DNA from: a virus
Lineage: Duplodnaviria > Caudoviricetes
DNA length: 64,000 bases
IMG/VR virus record: IMGVR_UViG_3300001487_000106
Location: 1 to 64,000 of that record
Strand: one strand, 5' to 3'
A program made the translations under genes and the position numbers. The notes below the pieces were generated by a model. It was not told the DNA's origin and did not search any database. It was given only the letters and a program-made list of their open reading frames with translations. Below are positions 1 to 10,594 of the stretch, in pieces; position 1 is the first letter of the stretch; every line of letters begins with the position of its first letter.

Positions 1-2003
1 TCAAATATACCTTTAGCAGTATCAGTAAATATTGACTTAAATTCAATTTTACCTTGCTTAAAATCTCCAGCCATAACAGCTTCCATAAACGATGTAGCTC
101 TTTCAGTTGCTGGAGCTATAAGATGACCAAGAAGTCCTGTTTTCTGGGTATCAGAGGTTAATACTTGACGACGTGCTAAAGAGTTGGCTTCTCTTCTAGC
201 ACCATGTTTTCTTTTATATTTTTTAGATCGTTTATTATATATATCCTCGTTCACAAGGTCCCAAGCCTCAACACCTTCAACACCTGCATCACGAAGATTA
301 TATGTATTAGAATTTTCACTTAATTCTTCTGCAACTTTATTAACAGCTTCTCGAGCTTTGATACGACCTATATTAGATGTCTGTCTTGTTGTAGTATCAA
401 GATTTTTGATCATACCAATCAGCTCTTCTAATGCAACAGTATCTGTTCCTTGCTTTGCATTTAAGCTGTTAACTACTTTCATTATTTCACTAGTAGCTGA
501 CATATCATTGAGATTGATGTGTTGATCATGTTTAGCCATACCACTAAGAAGAAGATTGAAAGTATTTTCAAGTGTTCCTCTATTCTTTTCATCAGTCTCA
601 GCAGCAATCATTGTAGACATTTTCTTATAAAAATCAGTATCAGAAAATGCCTCAATCATTGAATTTGATAACATTTCAGCAATGTTACCACGAAGTTTAT
701 CTTGAGTCTGGTAGCTTTCAGTAGCATAATCCCAGTACTCTCTTCTATTCATTGACTGCTCTATTTTTCTTTTAGAAACTACCTTTTCAGCTATTGCTCG
801 TAAATAAGCTGTTTGATCACGGAGTTCTTTTGTAATAACTTGAGTGATTGCATGCTTTGTTTCACCATCAAAAGGTATAGCACCTCTTTCAATTTTTGTA
901 GACTCAAGTTTCTTACCAGTACCTGCTCTCTTTAAACCAAAAGACCTTGCTGCATATCGAGTGAGCTTACCGAACATGGAATCAGTATATGTTTCACCAA
1001 AATCAGCAAGTCTTTCAAGCATAGTAGGTACAAACGTTTCAAATGTTTTTTCAACATTTGAGATTGTAGTACCAACAAGTTTTGGTATCATATATGTTGT
1101 AAGAGCATTTGTTGCAAATCCCAAAGGGTTGCTAGTAACCATCTCAAGTGTACTATCATCGAGCATATCGACAACCATAGCAACTTCAGGCGAAAGACTT
1201 TCTTTTAATTGAGATTTAACATATGCTTTATATCTTGAAAGGTTTATACCGCCTTTACCATTAGAAAATGTACCAACAGCGGTAACCTTATCATTACTCA
1301 TATAATCATCATTACTTGTTAATTTGCTACCCATCTGTTCATAGAAAGCCATCGATGCTTCCATGAATTTGTTCATATTCTCATTTTGATATTGAACTAT
1401 CGCAGAAAGGCTATTATTAATATTACTGAGGTGAGTATTAATCTCACCTCCAAGTTTTTCAATCTGATACATACTAGCAGCACTGATGGATAAATATGCA
1501 TCCATAGTAGCTTTATTAGTTTTCATCATGTTCTCAGATTGTTTTTGAACATTAGATGATAAGTTTAATACGGCATCTCGTGTTCCGTCATCAGATGTAA
1601 CATTAATATTATTGGTGACTGGAGTATCCTCATCACCAAATGAAACATCATCAAAATCATCAAATCCTGAAAAATCACTATCATCAAAACCCATCATTCT
1701 GTCGGTCTGATCGAAATTTCCTGATTTGAAGTCAGAAAGTGCATTCTTATATGCTTTATTAGCATATTGAACATATTTATTATTTTTCAGAGTTTCAGTA
1801 ACTCTTCTAACAGTTGTACGTCCATTACGAATAGACGATACTATTGTCTTTGATGCATTAAAAGAAGCACTACCAACTTCTGCTAAGTTAGGGTATATAC
1901 TCTTTAATGAACTAGTTGTTGATGCACCTATACTCTTCATGGCATTTGTAAGCCATTTAGATTTATTTTTGTGAGTTGTATCAACAGTTGCTTTATTAGC
2001 CAA
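1..2003 (-). CDS. Large virion protein, N-terminal part (possible tape-measure/tail-associated protein); runs off the window
   Basis: Not in the ORF track. TTG start at 2003 after RBS AAAGGAG, begins MANKATVDTTHKNKSKWLTNAMK. The frame is open where spot-checked. Late-type promoter at 2045-2059. Product is inferred. Confidence 0.5.
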   Translation of the reverse strand, partial: MANKATVDTTHKNKSKWLTNAMKSIGASTTSSLKSIYPNLAEVGSASFNASKTIVSSIRNGRTTVRRVTETLKNNKYVQYANKAYKNALSDFKSGNFDQTDRMMGFDDSDFSGFDDFDDVSFGDEDTPVTNNINVTSDDGTRDAVLNLSSNVQKQSENMMKTNKATMDAYLSISAASMYQIEKLGGEINTHLSNINNSLSAIVQYQNENMNKFMEASMAFYEQMGSKLTSNDDYMSNDKVTAVGTFSNGKGGINLSRYKAYVKSQLKESLSPEVAMVVDMLDDSTLEMVTSNPLGFATNALTTYMIPKLVGTTISNVEKTFETFVPTMLERLADFGETYTDSMFGKLTRYAARSFGLKRAGTGKKLESTKIERGAIPFDGETKHAITQVITKELRDQTAYLRAIAEKVVSKRKIEQSMNRREYWDYATESYQTQDKLRGNIAEMLSNSMIEAFSDTDFYKKMSTMIAAETDEKNRGTLENTFNLLLSGMAKHDQHINLNDMSATSEIMKVVNSLNAKQGTDTVALEELIGMIKNLDTTTRQTSNIGRIKAREAVNKVAEELSENSNTYNLRDAGVEGVEAWDLVNEDIYNKRSKKYKRKHGARREANSLARRQVLTSDTQKTGLLGHLIAPATERATSFMEAVMAGDFKQGKIEFKSIFTDTAKGIF

Positions 2004-2092
2004 TTAACTTCAACTCCTTTCTCTAAATTATAGAGAAATCTCATTTAAGGTATTGTTTTCATGAGGGATTTATATGTAAAAAAAAAGAAAAA

Positions 2093-2130
2093 AAGAAAAG
2101 GGATACACTATATAGTGTATCCCTTTTCTT
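2093..2130. terminator. Intrinsic terminator; perfect 38-bp palindrome
   Basis: aagaaaagggatacactat|atagtgtatcccttttctt, followed on the minus strand by a long U-run downstream of 2154..2726. Confidence 0.8.
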
Positions 2131-2153
2131 AAAAATAGGAAGTTAGATGTGGA

Positions 2154-2726
2154 TTACTTTTTCTTCTCCTCGACCTTGATTCTTTCAGCAAGCCAAGGAG
2201 GACAGGTTGACTTAACCGCAAGCTCCTTATGCTTTTTCTTGGTCGTCTTGTAGGTACCAAGATACGACCTATCCTGCGGACTATGTGCATCCGCTATTGT
2301 CGTCTTCTCGTCAATGTCTTTCAGATATATCGATCCCTTAAAATCCTTATTAGGAATGAGATCGAACTGATTACCAGCATTAATATATTCATATAATGCT
2401 GTTGCGAAAAACTCATAGAGTCCTTCCAGACTAGGAATCTGGAATTCTCCATCCAGAACCCTCACAGATTCATTCTTATCAACCCCAGCCTTTTCAAGCA
2501 GTGACTTACACCACTGCCTAAATCCTTTGGTAACCATGATATCTTCAACACCTTCAAGCTCACCCTTCTTGGATTTAGCCAGCTCAGCCTTAAACTCAAC
2601 ATCGTTAGCGATTGCTGTCATGAGCTTGACAAAGTTCTTCTTGTTGAAACGGTTGATTACAACCTTTCCGTTTCCATTTGTTTTTGCACTCATTTCACTG
2701 AGTACTTCATTAACTGTTTTTGCCAT
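2154..2726 (-). CDS. Divergent HU/IHF-like DNA-binding protein
   Basis: C-half LYEFFATALYEYINAGNQFDLIP...HSPQDRSYLGTYKTTKKKHKELAVKS resembles the HU helix, strand and arm pattern; RBS AAGGAGGT. Confidence 0.45.
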   Translation of the reverse strand: MAKTVNEVLSEMSAKTNGNGKVVINRFNKKNFVKLMTAIANDVEFKAELAKSKKGELEGVEDIMVTKGFRQWCKSLLEKAGVDKNESVRVLDGEFQIPSLEGLYEFFATALYEYINAGNQFDLIPNKDFKGSIYLKDIDEKTTIADAHSPQDRSYLGTYKTTKKKHKELAVKSTCPPWLAERIKVEEKKK

Positions 2727-2740
2727 TTTAAAATACCTCC

Positions 2741-2860
2741 TTAATTATTTTTGGTTTTGGTTTTCTTCTTCTTGAGTTTTTTTCGTTCCTTGACCATTTG
2801 TAAAACCTCGTCAAGAAAGAAAGAATCAAGATTTGGAATTTTGATTTTAAAGGTTGACAT
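2741..2860 (-). CDS. Small basic protein (39 aa)
   Basis: MSTFKIKIPNLDSFFLDEVLQMVKERKKLKKKKTKTKNN; RBS GAAAGGGTG; early-type motif at 2954-2963. Confidence 0.65.
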   Translation of the reverse strand: MSTFKIKIPNLDSFFLDEVLQMVKERKKLKKKKTKTKNN

Positions 2861-3003
2861 AAAATAATCACCCTTTCATTAATAAAACGTATAGAGTATA
2901 ATAAAATAATAATTTAATTCCAATAAAATCATTACTATTTCTCTATCTTAAATATATTATATAATTAAATTTTCATTAACTATTGCATTTGATAAGAGTG
3001 CAT

Positions 3004-3627
3004 TCATTTTCTTAAATCATATTCAACAAATTCACCTTTATATTCACCTTTATCATTATATTTTTTAAATCCCATTTTTTTAGCTAAAGAGATAGAAGCA
3101 TCATTCCCACTATGTGCATACCATCTCAATTCTTTAAGTTTTGACTGTTTTTTAAACCAGTCAACGGCTTCATTAATTACTATAGTTCCGTATCCTTTTC
3201 TACGATATTGTCTACCGTTTCGTGTTCCGACACATACTTCTCCAGTTTTCTCTGCTCCTTTATGCTCAAATACATCAGCAAACGCAACTGGTATATTATT
3301 TTTATATAATATTACATGAAATAATAATGAGCCTTTTCTACCATACTCTTTTGCACTAGCATACTCTTTAGGAGCAACAGGATTACCTATTTCACCTGCT
3401 AAAAAGATTTTATCTTTAGTAGTCATGGTGTTGTATATATTATTAACATCTTTTCTATTTCTTGTATATCTAATTTCAATATCATCATCTTTAATAACTT
3501 TTTCAAGTAATAATATCACTGATTCTTCATCAAGATTATTATTACAATAATTTTCAAAAATAATATCAATGAATTTATCTTTTTTCTTTTTAAAATTTTC
3601 ATTTAGAATAGGGTGGTTATGAGACAT
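3004..3627 (-). CDS. GNAT-family acetyltransferase
   Basis: Motif A QYRRKGYG and motif B NDASISLAKKMGF. Confidence 0.85.
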   Translation of the reverse strand: MSHNHPILNENFKKKKDKFIDIIFENYCNNNLDEESVILLLEKVIKDDDIEIRYTRNRKDVNNIYNTMTTKDKIFLAGEIGNPVAPKEYASAKEYGRKGSLLFHVILYKNNIPVAFADVFEHKGAEKTGEVCVGTRNGRQYRRKGYGTIVINEAVDWFKKQSKLKELRWYAHSGNDASISLAKKMGFKKYNDKGEYKGEFVEYDLRK

Positions 3628-3697
3628 ATAAAATCACTCCTTTAAAATAATTGGTTACTATGATGACAATTATATCATCATAGTAACCATTTTCTTA

Positions 3698-6600
3698 TTA
3701 CTTACTTTCTTTTTCATCATATATTTCTTTTAACGTACGTTTTAATTCGATAATACATTTATTACCAAGAGCAGTTAAAAGAATAGACGGAGTCATACGT
3801 TTAAGTATAGAGTTTGATGCAATAATTGTACTTACTTCTTCTTCGGGTCTAAAACTACTCCATGGTTCATATCCCCCTGGAATAATTTCACCTATTGTAT
3901 TTTTTAATGCAGTAAAGTTTGCAATCTTTGAACCGATTTCAAGTGGCTCTGAATGCTTGATATAAAATTCAATCATCACACCGCCCTCTTCGATTTTCTG
4001 TCCTTTAATTACACCAAATTTATTTGGTTCGATTTTATTAGTCGTTTCGTTTAATAATACACCACATTTTACTATACTATCTTTAGATTCTGGGTCGTAC
4101 TGTTCGAGGAACTTCTTTTTTCTATTTATTTGGTTATAGTAATTACTTACTATTTTTCTTAAACTTGGTGACATCTCATCAAGTTCTACAGTTGAGTATA
4201 TTTTAATATCCTCAATGACTCCAGAATATTTTGAATGTATATCATTTCTACTTCCCTCAAGCAAACTCTCCTGCTCATCAGTACTAAGATTTGCAAGGAG
4301 CGTATTAAGAGAATTATCTTCATAAGATGTATCAAATTGGATTAAAGAGTCTCCAACTTTTATTTCTTGACCTTTCTTAACCATATATTCAACATTGGCA
4401 TTTTTACCAATTGTAGCTTGTTTTACAAAGCACATCTCAGTTGCTGCATCATCTGATAACTTTTCGGTTATCATAGTAGCATCCTGATATGTATTGTACG
4501 TAGACATTATTGCAACTTTAGTAAGTGTGCCCATATTCATACGACAGTTATTAAATTTATCATTGGTAAAAAAGTCTTTGTGATAAGCAAGCACATCATC
4601 TTTCTTAAATTTGTCACCAACCTTTAAAGGTGTTATGAGTTGGTTACTAAGGAAGAATCCGCCACCACCATTTTTAACTATTTTATTACCGAGGTCAACT
4701 GCTCTGCATTTACCAGAATTATACTTTACAATCATCACCTTACTTACTTCATCATAATCAACAACAGTGCCAGCTTCATCGGCATTAACAACAAAGTCTG
4801 ATGACAATTCAAATCTGCACACTTCTTCCATACCATTTGATATTAATACAGGAGAAGATTTTTTTACAGGTATAACGTGCTTACTTTGTTTTATAGCATG
4901 ACCGAGTCGTGTTGGGTCATCTCTTGTTGCTCCAAGTGGAATTGATAGTTCGCCAGGTGAAAATAAATCAACATCACGTAAATCTTTAAGATCGTTATCT
5001 TTTAAATCAACATATCCACGAAGTGATTTAACAGATGGATTCATTGTCAGTGTTTTCATAACTCCAGCGCCAGCATCGGGAGATGTTGAAGGAGATATAA
5101 TACCAGTACATGTTTTATCATATGTTCTCTTAGCAAGTGTATATGATTCATCAAGGTTTGCACCTCTAAATCCCTTACTCGATATGCCTCTTGTCATTTC
5201 AAGTTCGAGAATCGGGTTTAATGTAGAATAATCTTCTACAGTTTTAAGTGCTAATACTTCTTTTATTACACAATCCTGAGGAACTGAAAATGGTGTTTTA
5301 CCATTAGAATTTCTATACAGGATATATTTCTTTGCAAGTCTCTCATAAAGAATTGCTGGTATAATTTCGTTACTACGAATTCTCGACAGACCTTGATTTA
5401 TTTCTGGTGTATATTGAGAATCTGATAATAGTGAAACTGCATATATAATTATCTCAACTAAATCAGTAGGAAGATTGATATCTTCACAAACTTCTATTGT
5501 AATCGGGTCCATCATGAACTCGTATACATTAAGAAGAGCATTTGCTATTGCAGCCTTACCATATACCTTTATGAGATATGGCATATATGGTTCTTTAGTA
5601 TCCATCTCTGCTATTGTATATTTAGATGTATCAATAAGTCTAAAACCATTGATAAGTAAATCAATACCAACGGTCGATTCGTATATAAAATAACAGTCAG
5701 CAAATCTTAAATAGTTTTCATTCGGTTTAAGAGCTGGAAGTTTGTCTTCTAAACGATATGAAACTTTACCTTTTTTAAGGAGTGAACTTAAACCTTCCCA
5801 AAAACCAATAAGTAATCCAACAGCAACATACTGACTCATTACCTTAGCTCTAGTATACATAAGTCTCTTAGGAGCTTTAATTGAATCATATAATGCTTTA
5901 CTTTCATTATCAAAATTTTCAAGAAGTAACTCCATTATTCCTTTTTCATCATCTGTCTTCTGTGTTTTATTATTAATAAATATAGGACTACCCAATTTAT
6001 CTAATCCAATAAATAAATAGTTTTTAGGAATAGAAATATTCTTGTTTGCAGCAAATTCATGAGCTTCGTGTTGATCAAAATACAATTGCATTTTGCCATT
6101 TTTGTACTTAGTAACTACTTTTGATAGTTCGTCATATTCAATAGTAGTTACATATTTATTATTTATTGATAAGGCGTTTCCAAATGTAAAATGTGATTCA
6201 AGATTTTCAGATTTAGACAGTGCAATTTTAAGTCTCTCAATTGAAGATAAAGACTTGGTACCAACACGTTCAATAAACATCTTGTTATAGTTTGTAGTCA
6301 ACTGAACTATATTTTCACTTGTTTTAACAACTGGATATAATAGGTTTTGTTTTTTAATAAGTTTTCTATTACCACCTATATAAAGGAACTTATCCTCTAC
6401 AAATTTAGGAATATCAACTTTTATTGTATGACGTTTTCTGTTACTATCTTCAAGATATATAGTGTATGTATCTTTATAATTTAACTCATCAGATGTATCT
6501 TGAATTTTTATATCTCTTACATACATAGGAAGAGATTTATTGTTGAGAGCCAAAATTGCATTTGTAATATCTTTAGGCATCAACTTTTCGTTATATGTCT

Positions 6601-7966
6601 TTTCAAAGTTATCAAATCTAATTTTGGTCATATTTGTATTAGTAGTTCTAACTGCATTAGAAACATCTTTCACTGGGATAGGAATATGGTCTGCTTGTAT
6701 TTTTTCTATTTCACGTATACTCATATTACCTATCTTAATATCTTGCTGTGCTTTTTTAAGCTCTTCATCTCTAGCACTTGATGCTGTTGATTTAGGCAAC
6801 TTAGGTGTTACAGTCTGGTCGTATATCTTATTAAGTAATTCCTTATCCGAATCAATATCGTTTTCTACTTTTGTTTGAATAGCATTTCTTATAGTCGATG
6901 CTGGTACTGATGATGTATCAGGTACTATTCTTTCTATTTCATGTCTAACGATATCAGCTTTTTGTCTGATTTTATCATATACTTCAGGACTTGAAAAAAC
7001 TGATGTTACTTCAGAGTCAGGTTCTTTAATAGTTGTATCCGTTACTATTTCTGTATTTTTTGATTTATTGATTGCTTCATTAATCTTATTAACAGAAAAT
7101 TCAACAGCCTCATCTTTCTTGATTGTTTCTTCATCTGTTATTTCTTCAATTGTAGGAACAAATGAGTATAATCTAATCATTTCTCTACGAAGACTGATAT
7201 AATCTTTCTTTCCCATCTTAGAGGGATTTACCTTAAGAGACCTTCTGTCAGCAAAAAAGTAAAAGTCGATATCAAACTTTGAAAGAATATCTGGATATTT
7301 ATATGCAGTATAGTATAACATAAAAAGAGGATTATGGAGATTTTCCTTTAAACTCTTTTTCATCTTCCAATGATTAATATTTATGAGGACAAATTTATTT
7401 TCATAAAAATTGAGATTATTAGCAAAGAAAATTGCCTTTAAATAATCCCAATACATGCTAACCTTTTTTGAAGGCACCAGCTTTTCGCAAAGGGTATTAA
7501 ATATTTCAAGAAATTTTGACATATCATAATATATATTACGATTATCAGTATTATTAATAACAATCTTTTTATATCCACGCAGTTTTGTCTTTTGTTCTAT
7601 CGTTTTATATAAATCTTTTCTTTCTTTAATCATTCTAATTCTGTATATTTTATTATATAACCTACCTCTATATATTGGCTGGAAATAATAATAAAAATAT
7701 TTATTATTATGATTAAAATTAGTAGTATTATTAATAATCTCAATGGATTCATTTGTATTATTTGTGTATAAAAAACAAAGATTACCCCTACCTGGCTTGG
7801 TATTTCCTCTAGGTAATGTAACCTTCTTATTCATTAATTTAATATAAGGAATATTTTCAGGATAAACAGCTTCAGTAATATATTCAGTATCAGTTGATTC
7901 AGTAATGATATTACTTGTTTCATCGCTGTTTAATATATCATCAAATAAACTCATATTATCAGTCAC
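3698..7966 (-). CDS. Multisubunit RNA polymerase beta subunit, large N-terminal polypeptide (phiKZ gp178-like, probably virion RNAP)
   Basis: Beta motifs FLYIGGNRK, TSPDAGAG, DDPTRLGHAIKQSKH, YNTYQDA, GSKIANFTALKNTIG, SILKRMTP. It ends before the clamp segment, consistent with a split subunit. Late-type promoter at 7986-8000. Confidence 0.88.
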   Translation of the reverse strand: MTDNMSLFDDILNSDETSNIITESTDTEYITEAVYPENIPYIKLMNKKVTLPRGNTKPGRGNLCFLYTNNTNESIEIINNTTNFNHNNKYFYYYFQPIYRGRLYNKIYRIRMIKERKDLYKTIEQKTKLRGYKKIVINNTDNRNIYYDMSKFLEIFNTLCEKLVPSKKVSMYWDYLKAIFFANNLNFYENKFVLININHWKMKKSLKENLHNPLFMLYYTAYKYPDILSKFDIDFYFFADRRSLKVNPSKMGKKDYISLRREMIRLYSFVPTIEEITDEETIKKDEAVEFSVNKINEAINKSKNTEIVTDTTIKEPDSEVTSVFSSPEVYDKIRQKADIVRHEIERIVPDTSSVPASTIRNAIQTKVENDIDSDKELLNKIYDQTVTPKLPKSTASSARDEELKKAQQDIKIGNMSIREIEKIQADHIPIPVKDVSNAVRTTNTNMTKIRFDNFEKTYNEKLMPKDITNAILALNNKSLPMYVRDIKIQDTSDELNYKDTYTIYLEDSNRKRHTIKVDIPKFVEDKFLYIGGNRKLIKKQNLLYPVVKTSENIVQLTTNYNKMFIERVGTKSLSSIERLKIALSKSENLESHFTFGNALSINNKYVTTIEYDELSKVVTKYKNGKMQLYFDQHEAHEFAANKNISIPKNYLFIGLDKLGSPIFINNKTQKTDDEKGIMELLLENFDNESKALYDSIKAPKRLMYTRAKVMSQYVAVGLLIGFWEGLSSLLKKGKVSYRLEDKLPALKPNENYLRFADCYFIYESTVGIDLLINGFRLIDTSKYTIAEMDTKEPYMPYLIKVYGKAAIANALLNVYEFMMDPITIEVCEDINLPTDLVEIIIYAVSLLSDSQYTPEINQGLSRIRSNEIIPAILYERLAKKYILYRNSNGKTPFSVPQDCVIKEVLALKTVEDYSTLNPILELEMTRGISSKGFRGANLDESYTLAKRTYDKTCTGIISPSTSPDAGAGVMKTLTMNPSVKSLRGYVDLKDNDLKDLRDVDLFSPGELSIPLGATRDDPTRLGHAIKQSKHVIPVKKSSPVLISNGMEEVCRFELSSDFVVNADEAGTVVDYDEVSKVMIVKYNSGKCRAVDLGNKIVKNGGGGFFLSNQLITPLKVGDKFKKDDVLAYHKDFFTNDKFNNCRMNMGTLTKVAIMSTYNTYQDATMITEKLSDDAATEMCFVKQATIGKNANVEYMVKKGQEIKVGDSLIQFDTSYEDNSLNTLLANLSTDEQESLLEGSRNDIHSKYSGVIEDIKIYSTVELDEMSPSLRKIVSNYYNQINRKKKFLEQYDPESKDSIVKCGVLLNETTNKIEPNKFGVIKGQKIEEGGVMIEFYIKHSEPLEIGSKIANFTALKNTIGEIIPGGYEPWSSFRPEEEVSTIIASNSILKRMTPSILLTALGNKCIIELKRTLKEIYDEKESK

Positions 7967-8058
7967 TTCCTTTCAAATGTATTCATTAATGTTATGTTTT
8001 CAAAGGGTATATTTATTAAAATAATAAAGAGAGATAGAAACCTATCTCTCTTTATTAT

Positions 8059-9924
8059 TTACATTGTCATTACATCATATATAAAATCAAGATTAGACAT
8101 TAAATCATCAACTGATTCTACTTTAATGTCACGTCCTTTTCTATCTTTAGTTTCAACTTCTTCAGCATTACTTTTTACTCTATCTGGAAGATTATCAGCC
8201 CATGTTCTAAGTGTCTCCATATATCTATTTTTCCATTTTGCAAATGCTTCATCAGGAGAGCCATCTTTGGGATTATAGTATATGGGCTCAATATCGAGAT
8301 AATCCTTTCCATCAACATTTTTCCAGAACCAATGTTTGGGAGAATTAGGAAATTTAAAATCACCATCAAACATTATTCTTGCATCAGAATAGAGTTTGTC
8401 GTGATATACTCCATCTCGTTTACCATCTGTTTTTTTACGTAAATGAACATGTCCTGCTGATGAATACTTTGTTTTATATCCTTTTTGATTAAGGATCTCG
8501 ATAACTGGTTTAATTTCAGCATCAATATTAGCAGCTTCGTCGATATCTGATTCAATAACTATAATGTTTTCATCAGGATTCATCTTATAATACTTAAGCT
8601 GATTTTCATACTTTCTAATTAAATCAAAATTATTATCATTACGAGCATTCTCAAGTTTAGCTTCAATTACATCACTTGGATATAATAATTCAAAAGGAGT
8701 TGATTCAACAGTTTCTTTGATATTTGAACCCATCTCAGTATTTTTTTTATCAGTGGCAGTTTCCAATGGTTTTTCATTAGGGTTATTAATGTTTTCTTTC
8801 TTTACATTACCATCAATTTCATTTTCAACTTTTTTAACTAAAGCATCAACTGCAGCTTTATCCTTAGGATTGAGTTCCTTCTTTAAAATTCTGATTTCTT
8901 TTTCTTTTTCAATCAGGTTTCTTTTTAATTCATCAATACGAGCCCTATCAGTCCCTTTTTTCTTTGCAACTTTAAGTCTTGATTTGATGAGTGCTTTTTC
9001 AACAGCGGCTTTCTTAATACTAGCAGAAAGTTCTATGTTGCATTTTACATCTTTAATGAATTTCTTAATTTCAGCCTCTACATAATATGTATAACCATAT
9101 TCAGGATTCATAACATATTCAAGAGTACTTTCAAGTTCAATATCATCAGGAAGATCTATACCATCGAGTTCATCTTTATCAACTTTTTTATCAACGGTAT
9201 TAATATCCTTTATAACATCATTAGGATTACCAAGACCATCAGTTGAACCAGTTTGAGGAAGCATTGCACATATAGAGTTTTCAGTTTTTTCATTGTTTTT
9301 ATTTACTTCAGTAGTTCTAGCAGCAGCTTCTGCTGCACCACTATCATTATTTTCAGGTGGCTTATCAGGATTTATATCTTTTGATACATCGACATTCTCA
9401 AAATTCATAGCCACTTCCTCCATTTCAGATTCGATACAATAGTCATCATATACGTCATCTAATAATGAACTGATAACCGATTCTTTTTGAATTTCAGGAA
9501 CTCTTATAGAAGCATAGTATAATGATCTAGGTCCGAACTCAACCTCACATTTTTTCTTATATTGACGTAATATATCTTTTGTTCTATCTGTTTTAGAAAT
9601 AGCAACAGCTATTTTGTATAATTTATCTACATCTTTAAGTTCCTGTGTTAATTCTTTTATAGTTTCTTTATCCTTGGGATTTTCTCGCTTAATTTTCTTA
9701 AGTTTCATCTCAAGCTTTACTTTTTTCTTTATTGTTTCTTTTACCTCTTGATCTAATGGATATTGAATTTTATCAACAACCTGTTTACCAGCAATCTTAG
9801 CTAAAACAGTCCCCGCTCCTTCCTTTACAAAAACATACGGAGCTTCAGTGACAAATTCTTCAACACCAACTTCTTCTCGTATATCATTAATGATTTTATC
9901 AAAATAATCAATTTGATTTTCCAT
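8059..9924 (-). CDS. Probable internal head protein with C-terminal TYW3-like phage domain
   Basis: Many xxE-S/A motifs and coiled coils; DAEIKPVIEILNQKGYKTKYSSAGH; late-type promoter at 9962-9976. Confidence 0.5.
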   Translation of the reverse strand: MENQIDYFDKIINDIREEVGVEEFVTEAPYVFVKEGAGTVLAKIAGKQVVDKIQYPLDQEVKETIKKKVKLEMKLKKIKRENPKDKETIKELTQELKDVDKLYKIAVAISKTDRTKDILRQYKKKCEVEFGPRSLYYASIRVPEIQKESVISSLLDDVYDDYCIESEMEEVAMNFENVDVSKDINPDKPPENNDSGAAEAAARTTEVNKNNEKTENSICAMLPQTGSTDGLGNPNDVIKDINTVDKKVDKDELDGIDLPDDIELESTLEYVMNPEYGYTYYVEAEIKKFIKDVKCNIELSASIKKAAVEKALIKSRLKVAKKKGTDRARIDELKRNLIEKEKEIRILKKELNPKDKAAVDALVKKVENEIDGNVKKENINNPNEKPLETATDKKNTEMGSNIKETVESTPFELLYPSDVIEAKLENARNDNNFDLIRKYENQLKYYKMNPDENIIVIESDIDEAANIDAEIKPVIEILNQKGYKTKYSSAGHVHLRKKTDGKRDGVYHDKLYSDARIMFDGDFKFPNSPKHWFWKNVDGKDYLDIEPIYYNPKDGSPDEAFAKWKNRYMETLRTWADNLPDRVKSNAEEVETKDRKGRDIKVESVDDLMSNLDFIYDVMTM

Positions 9925-9975
9925 ATTTTTATTTTCATTCCTTTCTATATCAGAATTATTGTTAATATCTTGTTT

Positions 9976-10581
9976 TTATCTGCTAATTTTAAGGAATTCA
10001 TCTATCATACTGTTATATTTTGTTAATAATTCGATAAATAAATTAAAGAACCGTAAAATATATAATGATTTTAATCGGTCATCATCTGTTTTATCCAGAT
10101 AATTACTCACATTAAGTATAAGTTTTTTATTGGATTTAATAAGTTGAATATTTTCATTTTTTTGTTTCATGAGTTCCGTTCTATGCTTACGGATTTCGCT
10201 TATAATATTATTAGAATATTTATCTGATGGAATTTCAGAATATGTAGATACAATTATTCTATTATATTCTTTAATTCTTCCAACTGTTACTTTTAAATGA
10301 TCATTGATTTTATCGTGTTTATCTATAGTATTCATCTTAGATGTATCATATCCAAAATATTTTTTAACATTTGTTTCATTTGCAAATACTTTCATATATT
10401 GAAGCATTTCTTTTCTTATCTCATTAAGATTTTTGATAAAAGATACTATATCATATTTTACATTTTTTTCAATTGTCTGTTTAAGGTTTTCTTCTTGATA
10501 TCTTTGTGCATATAATTCAGCAATTGTTTTACCAGAACTATATATTTCATCTAAATCGGATATACTTAAATCTATCATCAA
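9976..10581 (-). CDS. Hypothetical helical protein
   Basis: ORF with RBS GGATGGTG, directly downstream of 10595..11884. Confidence 0.6.
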   Translation of the reverse strand: MMIDLSISDLDEIYSSGKTIAELYAQRYQEENLKQTIEKNVKYDIVSFIKNLNEIRKEMLQYMKVFANETNVKKYFGYDTSKMNTIDKHDKINDHLKVTVGRIKEYNRIIVSTYSEIPSDKYSNNIISEIRKHRTELMKQKNENIQLIKSNKKLILNVSNYLDKTDDDRLKSLYILRFFNLFIELLTKYNSMIDEFLKISR

Positions 10582-10594
10582 TTATTCACCATCC

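Noticed and set aside
184-1212. Plus-strand ORFs 184..525 and 844..1212
   Set aside because: Antisense shadows of the large minus-strand gene starting at 2003; no RBS
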